A DNA stretch of 64,000 nt, taken from Octopus sinensis. Lineage: Eukaryota. The stretch's first letter is position 1. Each line of letters opens with the position of its first letter. A model generated the notes under the pieces. That model searched no databases. It was not told the origin of the DNA and saw only the letters and a list, made by a program, of their open reading frames with translations. The translations under genes were made by a program, and so were the position numbers. Location: positions 135,594,001 through 135,658,000 of the forward strand of contig NC_042998.1 of the NCBI RefSeq assembly GCF_006345805.1, in the 5' to 3' direction. Below are positions 36,268 to 48,475 of this stretch, in pieces.

Positions 36268-38778
36268 TCATCTGTATCTACAGGGAATAATTATTCGTCG
36301 TCCACTTTTTGTGGTTTTATTATTTTGTAGTGTTGAATTCTGTAGTTGTGCTGTTTTTGTTTTTTCATGCGTGTTTGTTGACTTTGGAAATATATTTTCA
36401 TAATCTAATTCTTCTGTTATGCGAACGTGTTCGTTTGTTTTAAGAATATGTTGTCTATTTCGTTTGACTGTATTACCTTCCTCTGTTATTACTAAGTATG
36501 AACGAGGTTGCTCTAGTTTTTTAATTATTTTGCCCCTTCTAAACCAATTGTTGTTAAACTTAATTCTAACCGTGTCGTGTGGTTTTAACTCTGGGAGTTC
36601 TGTTGTAATGTTTGATTTCTTCTTTTCGTGAGGCCTGATACCAATTTTGTCGTGTAATATGTTTGGGAGATTTGTTCGCAATGTTCTATTCATTATTTGA
36701 TTTGCAGGGGATGGTGCACCATTTTGTAATTTAGTCGTGCGTAATGCTAAGAGCGCTAACTGAGGTTCTTCGCCACTTTTGAATGCCTTTTTTAGCGTCT
36801 TTTTTATTGTCTGTATATTTCTCTCAACCATGCCATTCGCTTGATGATAATGCGGGCTTGTCTTCGTGTGATGAAAATGCCAATTTTTTGCAAATTTTTT
36901 GAATTCAGCCGAATTGAATTCTGGACCGTTGTCACTTACAACTGTTTGCGGAATTCCGAATTTAGCAAAAGTTTCTTTTAATTTTTTGATTACGGTTTTT
37001 GACTGGCAATCATTTATTTCGTGTAGATCAAAAAATCTTGTTGTATAGTCAATAATTGTGACATACGAATTTCCAGACAGGTGAAATACGTCTGTACCCA
37101 CTTTGGTCCATGGTGTAGTAGGTATTTCATGATTTATTAGTGGTTCGGCTGCTTGTTGATTTTTGTAGTCAATGCAGTATGAGCATGTGTTAATCATGTC
37201 TTTGATTTGAGCGTTAATGCCGGGCCAGTATATACATTCCTTCGCTCTCTCTATGCATTTTTCGATACCCATGTGTCCGGTATGTATTTCCTGTAGAGCT
37301 TCTCTACGTAATGACTTAGGTACAATTATTTTTGAACCTTTTAGAACGAGACCATTGACGATTGATATTTCATCACGAACGGATACGAATGGTTTGATGT
37401 TTATTGGTATTTTGTCTTTTGGGGGCCATTCTGTTCTTGTATATGTGACGAGTGTCTGTAGAAACGGGTCGTCTGCAGTGGCTTCTTTATACTCTTTTAA
37501 TTTAGTGTCGGTTATGGGGTAATTTTTTATTACTGCATGAATGTGCGATTTCATATCTTCGTCTGGTACTTCTGGAGTATTTTGCTCAAGGTATGCACGT
37601 GATAGGGTATCTGCAACAATTGATTCTTTACCAGGTATGTGGTTTAGGTCAAAATCATATCTTTGTAATGTTAGTAGAAATCTTTGGATTCTGGGGGGGC
37701 ATTTAGTGATCGATTTTTTGAATATTTGCTTCAACGGTTTATGGTCATTTTCGATTCTGAAATGAGTTCCGTATATAAACTGATGAAATTTCTTGCATGC
37801 GAAAACTATACTGAGAGCTTCGCTCTCTATCGGACAGTAGTTTTGTTCCGCTTGAGTTGTTGCACGAGATGCAAACGAAACAGGTAGCCATCTTTCGTTG
37901 TGTTTCTGCTCAAGTATCGCTCCGAGCCCATGCTTACTAGCATCTGTAGTTATTTTTATTGGTAGATCTGGATCATAAAATTGTAGCACTGGTTTTCTGG
38001 TAATCATTTCTTTTAGCTTTTTTATTGCTTCGATTTGTGGTTTGTCGAATGACCATAACGTGTCACTCTGTAGAAGCTGGCGCAATGGTGCTGTGACTTC
38101 GGAGTAATTAGATAAAAATTTACATAGGTAATTTGTCATACCTAGGAATCTTTGTAATTCTTTTTTACTTGTTGGCAGTGGCATGTGAATGATTGCTTGT
38201 ACCTTGGTTGGATCTTGTTTTATCCCTTCGCTGGTTAATATATGCCCAAGGTACTTGATTTGTGATTCATAGAAGATACACTTTGATTTATTTAACTTTA
38301 ATCCGTGCTTTCGGATTCGATCGAAAACTTGTTGTAGTCTATTTGTGTGTTCTTCTAAAGTGTTGGACCAGATTATGATGTCATCCTGTGAATTTCTTGC
38401 TCCTTCTATGCCCTCTATTATTTTTGAAATTCCTTTTTGGAAAACTTCACTGGCGCTGTGAATTCCAAAGGGTAGTCGTGTGAAGCGATACCTTCCAAAA
38501 GGTGTGTTGAACGTTAAAAGATGGGAGCTTTCTTCGTCAACTGGAATTTGCCAGTATCCATTAGATGCATCGAGTTTTGAAAAATATTTAGGGTTATGCA
38601 TTTGTGCAAAAATGTCCTCCGCTGTAGGGAGTTTGAAATGTTGCCTTTTTATGGCTTTGTTTAGATTCTTGGGGTCTAAACAGAGTCGGAGTTTTCCGTT
38701 GGCTTTTTCAACGATGACTAGGGAATTTACCCAGTCTGTAGGTTCACTAACAGGTTTTATGATATCTAATTCTGTCAT
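36268..38778 (-). CDS. pol: Pol: reverse transcriptase, RNase H and integrase (836-aa open portion)
   Basis: RT: KLDASNGYWQI, RLPFGI, SQDDII, YLGH. RNase H: TDASKHGLGA, NDHKPL, ADTLSR. IN: HTGHMG..C..C zinc finger, GTDVF, SDNGPEF, GMVER. Confidence 0.97.
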   Translation of the reverse strand: MTELDIIKPVSEPTDWVNSLVIVEKANGKLRLCLDPKNLNKAIKRQHFKLPTAEDIFAQMHNPKYFSKLDASNGYWQIPVDEESSHLLTFNTPFGRYRFTRLPFGIHSASEVFQKGISKIIEGIEGARNSQDDIIIWSNTLEEHTNRLQQVFDRIRKHGLKLNKSKCIFYESQIKYLGHILTSEGIKQDPTKVQAIIHMPLPTSKKELQRFLGMTNYLCKFLSNYSEVTAPLRQLLQSDTLWSFDKPQIEAIKKLKEMITRKPVLQFYDPDLPIKITTDASKHGLGAILEQKHNERWLPVSFASRATTQAEQNYCPIESEALSIVFACKKFHQFIYGTHFRIENDHKPLKQIFKKSITKCPPRIQRFLLTLQRYDFDLNHIPGKESIVADTLSRAYLEQNTPEVPDEDMKSHIHAVIKNYPITDTKLKEYKEATADDPFLQTLVTYTRTEWPPKDKIPINIKPFVSVRDEISIVNGLVLKGSKIIVPKSLRREALQEIHTGHMGIEKCIERAKECIYWPGINAQIKDMINTCSYCIDYKNQQAAEPLINHEIPTTPWTKVGTDVFHLSGNSYVTIIDYTTRFFDLHEINDCQSKTVIKKLKETFAKFGIPQTVVSDNGPEFNSAEFKKFAKNWHFHHTKTSPHYHQANGMVERNIQTIKKTLKKAFKSGEEPQLALLALRTTKLQNGAPSPANQIMNRTLRTNLPNILHDKIGIRPHEKKKSNITTELPELKPHDTVRIKFNNNWFRRGKIIKKLEQPRSYLVITEEGNTVKRNRQHILKTNEHVRITEELDYENIFPKSTNTHEKTKTAQLQNSTLQNNKTTKSGRRIIIPCRYR

Positions 38779-40231
38779 TCTTTTTAATTCTTTGTTGAGT
38801 TTTTCTTTTTAGAAAAAGGAACCGATCTTGGTGGATGAATTACAGGAGTTATTTGTGGATCCACTGTGATATGATGTGTTATTGACAAAGTGCCGATTTC
38901 TCCGAAACAGTCTTCATATTTTTCTAATATGTCGTTTGTGTTCGACGAATTTATTTTTGAAATTCTCTGAATCAGGTTCAGATCTTTAGCTGTCTTTGCA
39001 TCTATAACTGCGTGCGAGTTTGTTTTTGAACAATGAATTTTATTTGCTTTGATAATTCTTTGTATTTAATGACTGCTGTGCATTTTCCTAGCACTTTTAT
39101 AGCTGTGTTATTATAAGCTGATAATCGAGTTGAGGTTTTTGCAGTTGTGGTTTTGGAATTATATTTCTATATCTCTGAATGGCAGTACGGTTACGTCTGC
39201 TCCTGTATCTATTTTGAATGTTACATTCGAGTTGTTCACTTTTAGTTCGACCGTCCAAATGTCTTTTGGAGTCTTGAACTTTTCGATTTTGTGCACGCGG
39301 GAATTATTTGCAGTGATCATTTCGAGTACATGTGTATCGTCATCTGATTCATCGTCGGTATGTATCTCTACTTTATGTACAAATTTTCTTGATTTGCACA
39401 TTTTTGCATAGTGTCCTTGTTTCTTGCATTTTTCACATGTCTTGTGAAATGCTGGGCATTTATTTCTTTTGTGATTATAACCACAATAGTGACAGTTAGT
39501 GACGTAGTGTTGACTTGGCGCTTGAAACTTCGCGGGCTTTCTGTCACTTCCGCCTTGTTCGTTTTGATGTCTGGATTGCATATGGCGGGTTATTTGTGTT
39601 TTGGCGCCTTTTCTGTCGTGTTGACTATATACCCTCGAGATTTCGTTATCTCTTGTTTCGGATGTGGCATTTAGCATCCTTGATTGGAGTCGTGTTTGCT
39701 CTGCACTCTGACCTGCTTGAATTGTTTTTTTAGGTCTAAATTTGGTTCTCTCAATAATCTTTCTCTTAATCTCATGTCTCTGATTCCACATATCAGAATA
39801 TCTTTGGTGAGACTGTCTGTGAGGTTGCCGAATTCGCACTGTTGTGCCTTTTGGCGCAACTCTACTACGTACTCATCGAATTTTTGATGTTCCGCTTGTC
39901 CACATGTGAAGAATTTGTGTCTTAGGAAAGTTATGTTTTTCCTGGGTTCACAATATGCATCGAATTTTTCGATTACTGTCTGAAGGTTCATTTCTTCGTC
40001 GGGTGAATCGAAATCCAGTGTGGAATGGATATCTCGGCCTTTAGAACCGATGCAAGTTAAAAACATTGAAGTTTTTACTTTGTCTGGCTTCATGTCACTT
40101 TCTGTTGCTATCAAAAAGAGATTGAATTCTTTTTTCCACTTTTTCCATGCTGCGGCTAGATTTTCCTGATTAAAGTCTAGGTCTTTTGGATGCGGTAAAT
40201 TTTCCATTTCGTCTTTGAAGTATGATTTCAA
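38779..40231 (-). pseudogene. gag: Gag plus protease region, frameshifted in this sequence
   Basis: Gag N-terminus 39671..40231 (WKKWKKEFNLFL, RHKFFT, LRERLL). It continues in another frame (39159..39839) with CHYCGYNH..C and CEKCKKQGHYAKMC knuckles and protease IDTGADVTVL; further shifts lead into RT. Confidence 0.9.
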
Positions 40232-40270
40232 CTTTTTTCCTTTGGTTCTGTATTTTGGGTTCTTTTAGTA

Positions 40271-40281
40271 TTCTGACACCA
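40271..40281 (-). promoter_or_regulatory. Primer binding site TGGTGTCAGAA (tRNA-Leu type)
   Basis: Immediately 3' of the 5' LTR; complementary to the TTCTGACA-CCA 3' end known for metazoan tRNA-Leu(CAA). Confidence 0.8.
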
Positions 40282-40519
40282 TGTTGTTGTTATATATATA
40301 TAATGTATTGAGTATTAAAGGAAGTAGTGAGTACTTAGTATGAAAGATTAAGAAAATGAGAGAGACTGAAAAAACGTGTTAACGATACAAGATACCTTAT
40401 TCGACTGCCGTTGTTGTACAAGTTAATTGTTTTGGCGGGAAACAAAGTGAAAGTCCTTTTATCAAGGGAGACAATGGGCGACGTTGATTGTTCATGTTTG
40501 TTGTGATGATTATATAACA
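40282..40519 (-). repeat. 5' LTR
   Basis: 238 bp with TG...CA termini. Confidence 0.97.
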
Positions 40520-40649
40520 CTATCTACTGCTCTAACAATTACGGGAATTGTCGATAGATCAATCTCAGTACAGTACGTGACTGGTACTTAATTTAATCAA
40601 TCCCAGTTGGATTAAAAGATTTGACCAAGTGGATATTCGAATACTAATA

Positions 40650-40870
40650 ATTGTTTCTAGTACAGGTGCAAGGCCGGAAATTTTGAATAGAGGATTAATC
40701 GACTCCATTGAACCCAGTACCTGTTTAGTATATTTTATCAACCCTGAAAGGTTGAAAGGCAAAGATGACCCGAGCGACATTTGGACTCAACGCAAATAGC
40801 CGGAACAAATATAGCACTGCAGTTTAATTTTTCTCGATACTTTAACGATTATGCCAAACGACCGCCCTAC
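40650..40870 (-). mobile_element. Family-1 SINE
   Basis: TTTTATCAACCCTGAAAGGTTGAAAGGCAAAGATGACC..CCAAACGACCGCC. Confidence 0.7.
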
Positions 40871-41999
40871 ATTCGGATATTAATACACATATTTGTGAAA
40901 TATAAACTCTATTGTAAGTCTCCCGATATATCCACTCCTAATAATAGATAGATTTGTGAATTAAAATCTCCGTTGTAGTATCCTAATATATCCAACGTAC
41001 CGCCCTCTATTCGAATACTATTAATAAACTTACTTTAGTAATGGCACTTAGATGTTAGTCATTCATCAATCAGCCAAATGATTGGGTTTTTCACGATATT
41101 AAAAGGAGAGAAAATATCGATTTCCTTTTCGTAAACTTTGTAACGGATGTGTTTAAAGCCTCAACATATCCTCTTCGGTTTAGGAATATTTCCGGTCGCA
41201 GCTGTAAAGAGATTGAAGTATTGTGGTATTTTACAGCCTTATATCCGGTAAATCTACATTTTGGTGAAAAGTTGAACTGGTGCAAGTATGGCTGTTCGTT
41301 AAGAAGTTCACTTAACAAACGCCTGGTTCTGGGTTCGAGTCTACAACACAAATTCATATACATGTGCACATGCACAGTTGAGTACGAGTGGATATCGAAT
41401 GTATGTATATGTGTGTATGAATGAATGAAAGATTAGAACTTCTTGGATTCATTCGCATAAAAAATACCCACTAAGTTCAACTGAAATTATTTATCTCCCT
41501 TTACGCCAAAGTTTACTTGGCATTTCGTATTTTACTAGAACGATGAATTAAGTACCAGTTAAAGTATTGGGATCGCTATGACGATTGACTATAATTCCTT
41601 GAAGAATGCGTGACCGCGGTCTAATGATTGAAACCAGTAGAAAAAAAAAATACACGCGTTTACTTGCTCTAATACTGTTCGTCCTGATTTTATGAAGGTT
41701 TATAAAGTAAAATCTTTTGTGTCTTAATATAATTAACAAAATAACTGCTAAAATGTTCAGTAACAGCTCTCCTATCAAAATTAATTTAACAATGAGCTTA
41801 TTGGTCTCAAAAGCTGACTTCTTGGAATAAATTCAGTTTTCAAAATTTGCATACTTTTTATAATTTCGCTTAATTATTTATTCAATTTCTTGGAGCATTT
41901 TGTAATGAAATAAAGCTAATTGATATTATTACATTAAATACATTAACATTAACTTGTTTATGCAAACCGGGCATATAAAAGAATGGGCGAGAGTTTAGA

Positions 42000-43555
42000 G
42001 CCAGCAAATTGACACACTGTCCTTGGAATTAAGGAGCGGCTCATGAATATGACAGATCCCCCCCCATAAAAAGCCTTTGTTCAAGACCAGGCATTCCATT
42101 CATTTCCCAGCTCAACGAGGCAAGCTCCGTTCTATGCTCGGGTCAAGGCAAACAACGCAACCCCCCAATATCAGCAGCGGGGTCCGACAGCATATGCTGG
42201 TTTACCCCCCACCACATCATGCTGGTTCCGTACCCCTTTGAGCAACATCAAATTCATTCATCCGTCCACAAACACTATCTAAGCTTTCTTACCTCTCATT
42301 CCAACACCTCTAACCACCAAAGCTTTCCTCATTCCATCCATCCATCCACACAAACCGAGGTCTGCCTCAGGTTCTGCTGCCTACCATTTCTGCCTTCATC
42401 ACCCTCCTTACCATCCGCTCCTCATCCATCCTCTCCATGTGGCCAAACCACTTCAACATTCGTCTACCCATTTTGGTTGTTAGTTTTTCTCATTCCTGCT
42501 CGCCTTCGCACCTCCTCATTCCTCATCCTATCCACTCGTGTCACACCAATCATAGCCTTCAGACATCTCAAACACATCTAGTCGCCTCCTTTCCGCCTCT
42601 CCTATTCCCCATGTCTCTGCACCGTATAACATTGTTGGCACAATCATGCCCTCATACACACCTCTTTTCGCTTTCATACTCAACATTTTATCTTTCAGCA
42701 TACATTTCACAACTCCAAGTATCTTACTCCCCTCCCTCACTCTGTATCCCCCTTTCCTCCGCTAACCTTCCATCTGCCGTCACATGTGATCCCAGATACT
42801 TAAAAACACTCATCTCCTCTAACATCTTACCATTTATACTCGTATCCATCCCTACCAGCCATGCCATCTCTCGAACATCTCGCCACCTTACTCTTAGCTA
42901 CATTCACTTTGTTTCCTCATCTCGCACACTCTTCCAAACTCTACCACCAGTTTCCTCAGTTGCTCTTCCGAATCCGCTACCAGTGCTGTATCATCAGCAA
43001 ACAACAACTGACTCACCTGTCATTTTTCTCCATTTTCTCCCACCATTTGGGCTCCCCTACCAAAAGTTGTAGCATTTACCTCTCTCACCACACCATCCAT
43101 ATATAAATTAAACAGCCACGGAGACATCACACAACCCTGTCTTAACCCCACCTTCACATCAAACCACTCATTTACTTTACCACCCATCCTAACCCACGCC
43201 CTACCTTCTCTATAAAAGCTCTGAATAGCTCTCAACAATCTACCATCTACTCCACACAACCGCAACACCTGCCACATTGCATCCCTATCCTATAGTCCTG
43301 AGCATGACTATAAACTACCCTAGGGCCCTGGTTTCAGGGTTTGGGGAGTGTGGAATCACTTTTTAGCCACTATTGTTCCTAGGTCTATTCTGCCCCAGAG
43401 TGGTAACACCTGTAAGGGTCTCAGCTATGGGTTAACTAGCAACCCCGCCCCCTGTGACTGGTGGGAGGATCGGTAGAATGCAGTCGTCATATTCCCTGCG
43501 TGGCGTAAGAGGCGACGAAAAGGGGCGGGTGCGAAGGGACAGGGAATCCACTCCT
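42000..43555 (-). mobile_element. Internally deleted RTE-clade LINE copy (5' head plus RT and 3' region)
   Basis: AMWQVLRLCGVDGRLLRAIQSFY, GLRQGCVMSPWLFNLYMDG, LLFADDTAL, IVPTMLYGAETW; the ~260-bp head at 43295..43555 is shared with 56906..57166. Confidence 0.9.
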
Positions 43556-45698
43556 AGTAATTTTATATTCCTAAAAAGACAAGAAAATGTTTTACAAATA
43601 TATAAAACAATCTTAAATGAAATTGAAAGAATCGCTGAATATTTTTATTACAACGAAAAAATTGATAGTGATGCTTAAGTTTTAGGTTTACTCTGTGTGA
43701 GTGTGTGTGTACATGGTTGAATAAATTTCATCCTATTGGACAACATCTTGAGCAGGTATTTACAAAAGATGAGTTGATCTAAGGCTTGGAAGTGAAATTG
43801 TGTAGACAAAAACTGGAAACCAGTTGATGGACTCTGTAAATCAGAAGAGGCCATCCTTATCATACTGTCTGCCAAAACGTTATGTTAAGTGTATGTACAG
43901 TGTCGTTTAAACACTCGGCCACTCGCAAGTCGATATAATGAACTAAGTACTTCCGTTGATTGAACAAATGTAATGCACATCGATCCATTTTGTTTCTTTA
44001 AATTTTATAACCTGTATATATGTATATAGGTGTCTCAGCGTATGTAAATAAACTTCCGTGGATAAGTAATTTTTCTACGCTTACAAGAAACAACTCTCAC
44101 AATCAATATTTATCCCACAAAGAATATGTAGCTTTTCTAATAAAAACAGAAAGCATCAGTTGGGTTTAAAGATATTTTCCTGTTTCTTTTTTTTTTCATC
44201 TCAAAACAGATGAGATAGAAAGATACATACACTGTCTTATCTATTTCTCTCTCGTTGTTATATTAATGACACTAACCAATGATAGCAAGATAAGTCTTTT
44301 GTCCTAAAACTGTTTTGTTCTTATTGATTCTTTCTAATGGAAACACTACATTAATACGAAAAGAAATACTGCGTATTAGATGGCCTTCGTTATAAAAGAA
44401 AATCGTTGACTCCGATAATATAATAGAGTAGCAGTACGCATGCGTCGAAGTGATGTTCTGTTTGAAATAAATTGCAGTAACATAAAAAAAAATTAAAGAT
44501 TTTCAAGTTCTTATACCCCAGCACCGAAGCATGGCTCATTCTTTTCTGTATAGGCTTTGGTGTATTTTTACAAAGTTTTCTGCGATGTGTTATAAACCAG
44601 TTTCTGGGGCTTTAGCTAACGATCGCTGTTATTATAATTAATTATTAATTAGTTCTTTGGTTCTCGTGTTGCAAGCCACATGGCGGAAGCATGGAACACT
44701 GAACTAGACACGTCACTATTTTTTCGTAAAACAACGACAGAATGATTTTCGATAGTCTTTCGTTTTCTTTTGTTGTTTAGCCTCTAGGTTATTTTCTGAT
44801 CCAGCTATTACCATTCAGATATTTTTTGTCGGACATAGCGTATCTAGGACTACAGTGTTCATTGTGTTTTTTTTTTTTAAGACATTGTGATTCGAGGACG
44901 ATTGGTTGCTTATTTCAGCACCTCGAGCGAGCGACTACAGATTTCCCCGTCGGTTTATATTTGTTGTTCAACCCTGATCAAAGGGATCTATGAACAAAAG
45001 CATTCCAACCGTGACCATTTCGTCTTTTTAGAGTTGTGAGATTACATTATCCAATGTCTCCTATGCTTATATTAAACGATATGTATTTTGAGTATGTCGG
45101 TTGCTATTTCTAGTCTATCGAGCGACTGCTCTCATTAATTTTCATATAATCTCCTTGGGTCAATAAAATAAGCACCAGTTAAGTATGGCGATTGTTCAAA
45201 CGTTATATTATTTGAATATAACTGTCTAATTAAAAACTATTTGGTGAGCTTTACTGGGCTCAAATAACAGTAGTTATAGACAAGCAGAAGGAGCCTTTAG
45301 GCAATCCTTTGACCTACGAGAAACTCACACCACTCCCCCCACAACGGCGGGAGTGGACAAGTTTGGTGTTATAATGGGATAGTCATCTTTGATCATAGGT
45401 GTACTCAATCAGAACTGACCTGGTGTTTGACAACAGCAGCAATTGTTGATGGCATGTAAGAGACACTTACATATGAAGTTTCTAAACACTATCCCCTGTC
45501 CTATCTGAAAAGTTGGACCTACATTACGTATTTTATAAACATTTTTTCTGTATATGCGATGCTGAAATTGGTTGGAGTGTATGTAACATACCCATGCTGC
45601 TTTTATGCCATCAAATGAGGTACTCTTATCTATAATGTAAAGGGCAGCGAGCTGGCAGAATCGTTAAGCACGTCGAAAATGATTTAGCGGCATTTTTA

Positions 45699-46030
45699 CC
45701 TCCTCCAAGGAAGGAGGTTGTTTTCATTGGCGTTGGTTTGTCCGGCTGTGTGTAAAATAACTCAAAAAGATATGAACGGTATTTGATGAAACTTGCAGAA
45801 AAAAGTTGGTAATGACACAAGGAACAGATGATGGAATTTTGGTAGTGATCTGGGAATTTTTATGGATTCTTGAAGGATTTTTCATTTGTTATTTTTACTT
45901 TACATGAAGTATTACAATGTTACGTTCTTTGATTATCTCCCTTGAAAACAAGTTCATCGTTTCCACGTAACCATTGGTGGTTGCTGTTTAAAGACAGTGT
46001 TGATGATGACGACAGTCGAGATAAGTATGG
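45699..46030 (+). mobile_element. Helentron/HINE-type non-autonomous element nested after a family-1 SINE head (45643..45698)
   Basis: Starts TACCTCCTCCAAGGAAGGAGGTTGTTTTC..GGCGTTGGTTTG, homologous to the start of 46562..46690; 3' end unclear. Confidence 0.55.
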
Positions 46031-46125
46031 GAGGAGGATAAAATAGCATCGGTGGTTATAATGGCGACAGGGGCAGTGATGGTGGTGATAGTGGTGTTGA
46101 TGATAGTGTTAGTTGTGTGCTGGTG

Positions 46126-46362
46126 GGCGGCGAGCTGGCAGAAACGTTAGCACGCCGGGCGAAATGCGTAGCCGTATTTCGTCTGCCGTTACATTCTGAG
46201 TTCAAATTCCGCCGAGGTCAATTTTGCCTCTCATCCTTTCGGGGTCGATTAAATAAGTACCAGTTACGCACTGGGGTCGATATAATCGACTTAATCCGTT
46301 TGTCTGTCCTTGTTTGTCCTCTCTGTGTTTAGCCCCTTGTGGGTAGTAAAGAAATAGGTATT
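46126..46362 (+). mobile_element. Best-preserved family-1 tRNA-derived SINE
   Basis: A-box-like GGCGAGCTGGCAGAA, B-box-like GAGTTCAAATTCC, body GTCGATTAAATAAGTACCAGTT, 3' end CCCCTTGTGGGTAGTAAAGAAATAGGTATT. Confidence 0.9.
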
Positions 46363-46561
46363 GCAGTGGTTATACTGGTTGTGGTGGTGAAAGTGACTGT
46401 CAAGGTAACCGTTATGATAACATTGATGGCAGTGTATGTGGTTGAAGTGGAAGCAATGACAATATTGCTGATGATGTTGGTAGTTGTGAACTGCTTCAGA
46501 TGATTCCTGTTTTTAAAGGGTTTTTTTTTTCTTAAAATCATGACTGTGTTGTTTTTTTTTT

Positions 46562-46690
46562 AACTCCCGCCAAGGAGGTTATGTTTTTGCCGGCGTTGGT
46601 TTGGGAAATTGGGCGATTTTCAGCATGCGTATATATGGGTGGAAATGAGATGCTTGGCGGAGGTTTTCGCTCTCCAAGTGCTTTTCTAGT
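46562..46690 (+). mobile_element. Short Helentron/HINE-type element
   Basis: Sub-terminal inverted repeat CTCCCGCCAAG / CTTGGCGGAG and 3' end ..GTGCTTTTCTAG|T. Confidence 0.7.
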
Positions 46691-47137
46691 TTCCTTATAT
46701 TCTGAGTTTAAAATTCTGCTGAGGTCAACTTTTCCTGTCATCCTTTCGGGGTTGATAACATAAGTATCAGTCGAGTCCTGGGATCGATTAATTAATCCAC
46801 TAGCCCTTTTCTCCCATTCCCAAAATTTCAGGCTTTGTGCTTTATTAGCAGAAAGAGTTATCTGTAACATGCAGTCGTAGGCTGGAGATACTTGCGGCCC
46901 GCATGACTTCCTGAATAGCACGCTTAAACGAAAAGTTGCTTGAATTTTATTATCGTGATTCGTCTGACGGTGAGCCATGTCTCACGCGTCCTGCTTTCCG
47001 TAAAACGTTGCCCATTGCTGATCTGTAATGTCACTTGACTTGGTGAAACTAAGGATGTATCTTAACAATGAGCATCAACAAGGTTATTTAAAGATTGGTA
47101 TTTGTAATGTGATAAGCAGGAACTGGGCGTTTTTATC

Positions 47138-47172
<35 letters not shown>

Positions 47173-48139
47173 CTTTGAAAGAAAAAAACATTTTACACTA
47201 ATCTCTTACTTTCATTATCGTATATCAGAAATGGGAAATTTACTACGCACTTCTAAAGGCTTAAGGCGTGACCTGAAAAGTAGTACAATAATTTGAGGAA
47301 AAGTCATTCTACTGATATTTATATACACGTACACATTTGTTAAAGCTTATTTTTTCAATTAATTCTCAAGCTTTGAAACATTCATTCATTTGTAATTACT
47401 TTCGGGAAATGGAAATGTTCAAGGACATTCAAGCATGCTTAAGTACGCTTCGCCATGACAACGAAGTTCCTTTTCAAAATTTGGGGTACCATAAAATGTA
47501 TTTAGTTTTATGTATGGAAATACGTAACATAATTGACATTTTAGTACCTCTCAAACGTCTTAAGTTGTTTGTGCGTTGTTTGATAGTAATGACTGCGGTG
47601 AAAGTGATGGTAGCGGCGGCGCCGCGGTTTTATTTAAGAAATCTTTTTTCGTGTGTTTGCGCCATCGCTTGTTTTGTATGGTGGTGTCGATTACGTTGAT
47701 TATGATGGCGGCGATGATATCGTTGGATGTGTGGTGGAGGCGGCGATGACGTCGAACGATGTGTGTGGCGGGCGGAGTGGAGGCAATAAAGTCGATTGTA
47801 TGTGGTGACGATGATAATGTGTGTGTGATACAGGAAGCTATAACGTCATCGTTGTGTCCTAGTGGTAGTTTGGATGATCTCATGGATATCGTAGTTCGCG
47901 TTAAGTGGAAGTTTGATTGCTTCTTCACGAGAGTGGACCTATTTGTGTGATCAAAAAGTATCTGGAGTCTCAGATACTTTTAGATGCCAATCAGATACTT
48001 TTATATATACCAATCTATAAATAAGAGATGGTCAGAGCATAGATATTCAAAACTTCCAATGTCTAAATTTGCGCAAGTGGAGCCCTATTTCACGGACATG
48101 ATGTGGCGTGTACGACAGCTATAATTGGACTTACTAAGA

Positions 48140-48475
48140 GACAACAACCACGTGGTTTCGAGATCAGTCCCACAACGCGGCACATTGGGCAAGTGTCTTT
48201 TACTATAGCCCGGTCCTACAAATGCCTTGTGAGTGAATTTGGGAAACGGAAACTGTGTTGAAGCCCGTCGCATTGGGTTTATATCCGTGTGTTATGTTTT
48301 TTGCTCTCCACCGCTTGACAACCGTTGTGCTTTTTTTCTTTGTTTACATTCATATAAATTAACGATTCGGCAAAAGATACTGATAGAATAATTAGCAAAA
48401 TTATAAGATAATTGATGGTCATGGTAGTGCTCCAGCATGGTTGTGGTCCAATGAGTGAAACGAATAAAAATAACA
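48140..48475 (+). mobile_element. Family-2 SINE
   Basis: GGCACATTGGGCAAGTGTCTTT..GGAAACTG..GAAGCCCGTCG..GTGCTCCAGCATGG. Confidence 0.75.

Larger units (their letters stand above)
36000..40519 (-). mobile_element. Full-length Ty3/Gypsy LTR retrotransposon (Mag-like), 4520 bp
   Basis: Two 238-bp TG..CA LTRs (36000..36237, 40282..40519), 5-bp TSD CTATC (35995..35999, 40520..40524), PBS, PPT and gag-PR-RT-RH-IN order. Confidence 0.97.

Noticed and set aside
36419-39887. Plus-strand ORFs within the Gypsy element
   Set aside because: Antisense shadows of gag and pol.
42219-43106. Plus-strand ORFs up to 211 aa, and 57273..57731 (-)
   Set aside because: Antisense to RTE fragments.
46126-46215. tRNA-like A and B boxes
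   Set aside because: SINE head with no complete cloverleaf; no true tRNA gene found in the window.
47540-47950. GC/CpG-richer island with ORFs of 120-122 aa
   Set aside because: Degenerate GGT/GAT/GGC low-complexity sequence; translations have no recognisable domain or splice frame.
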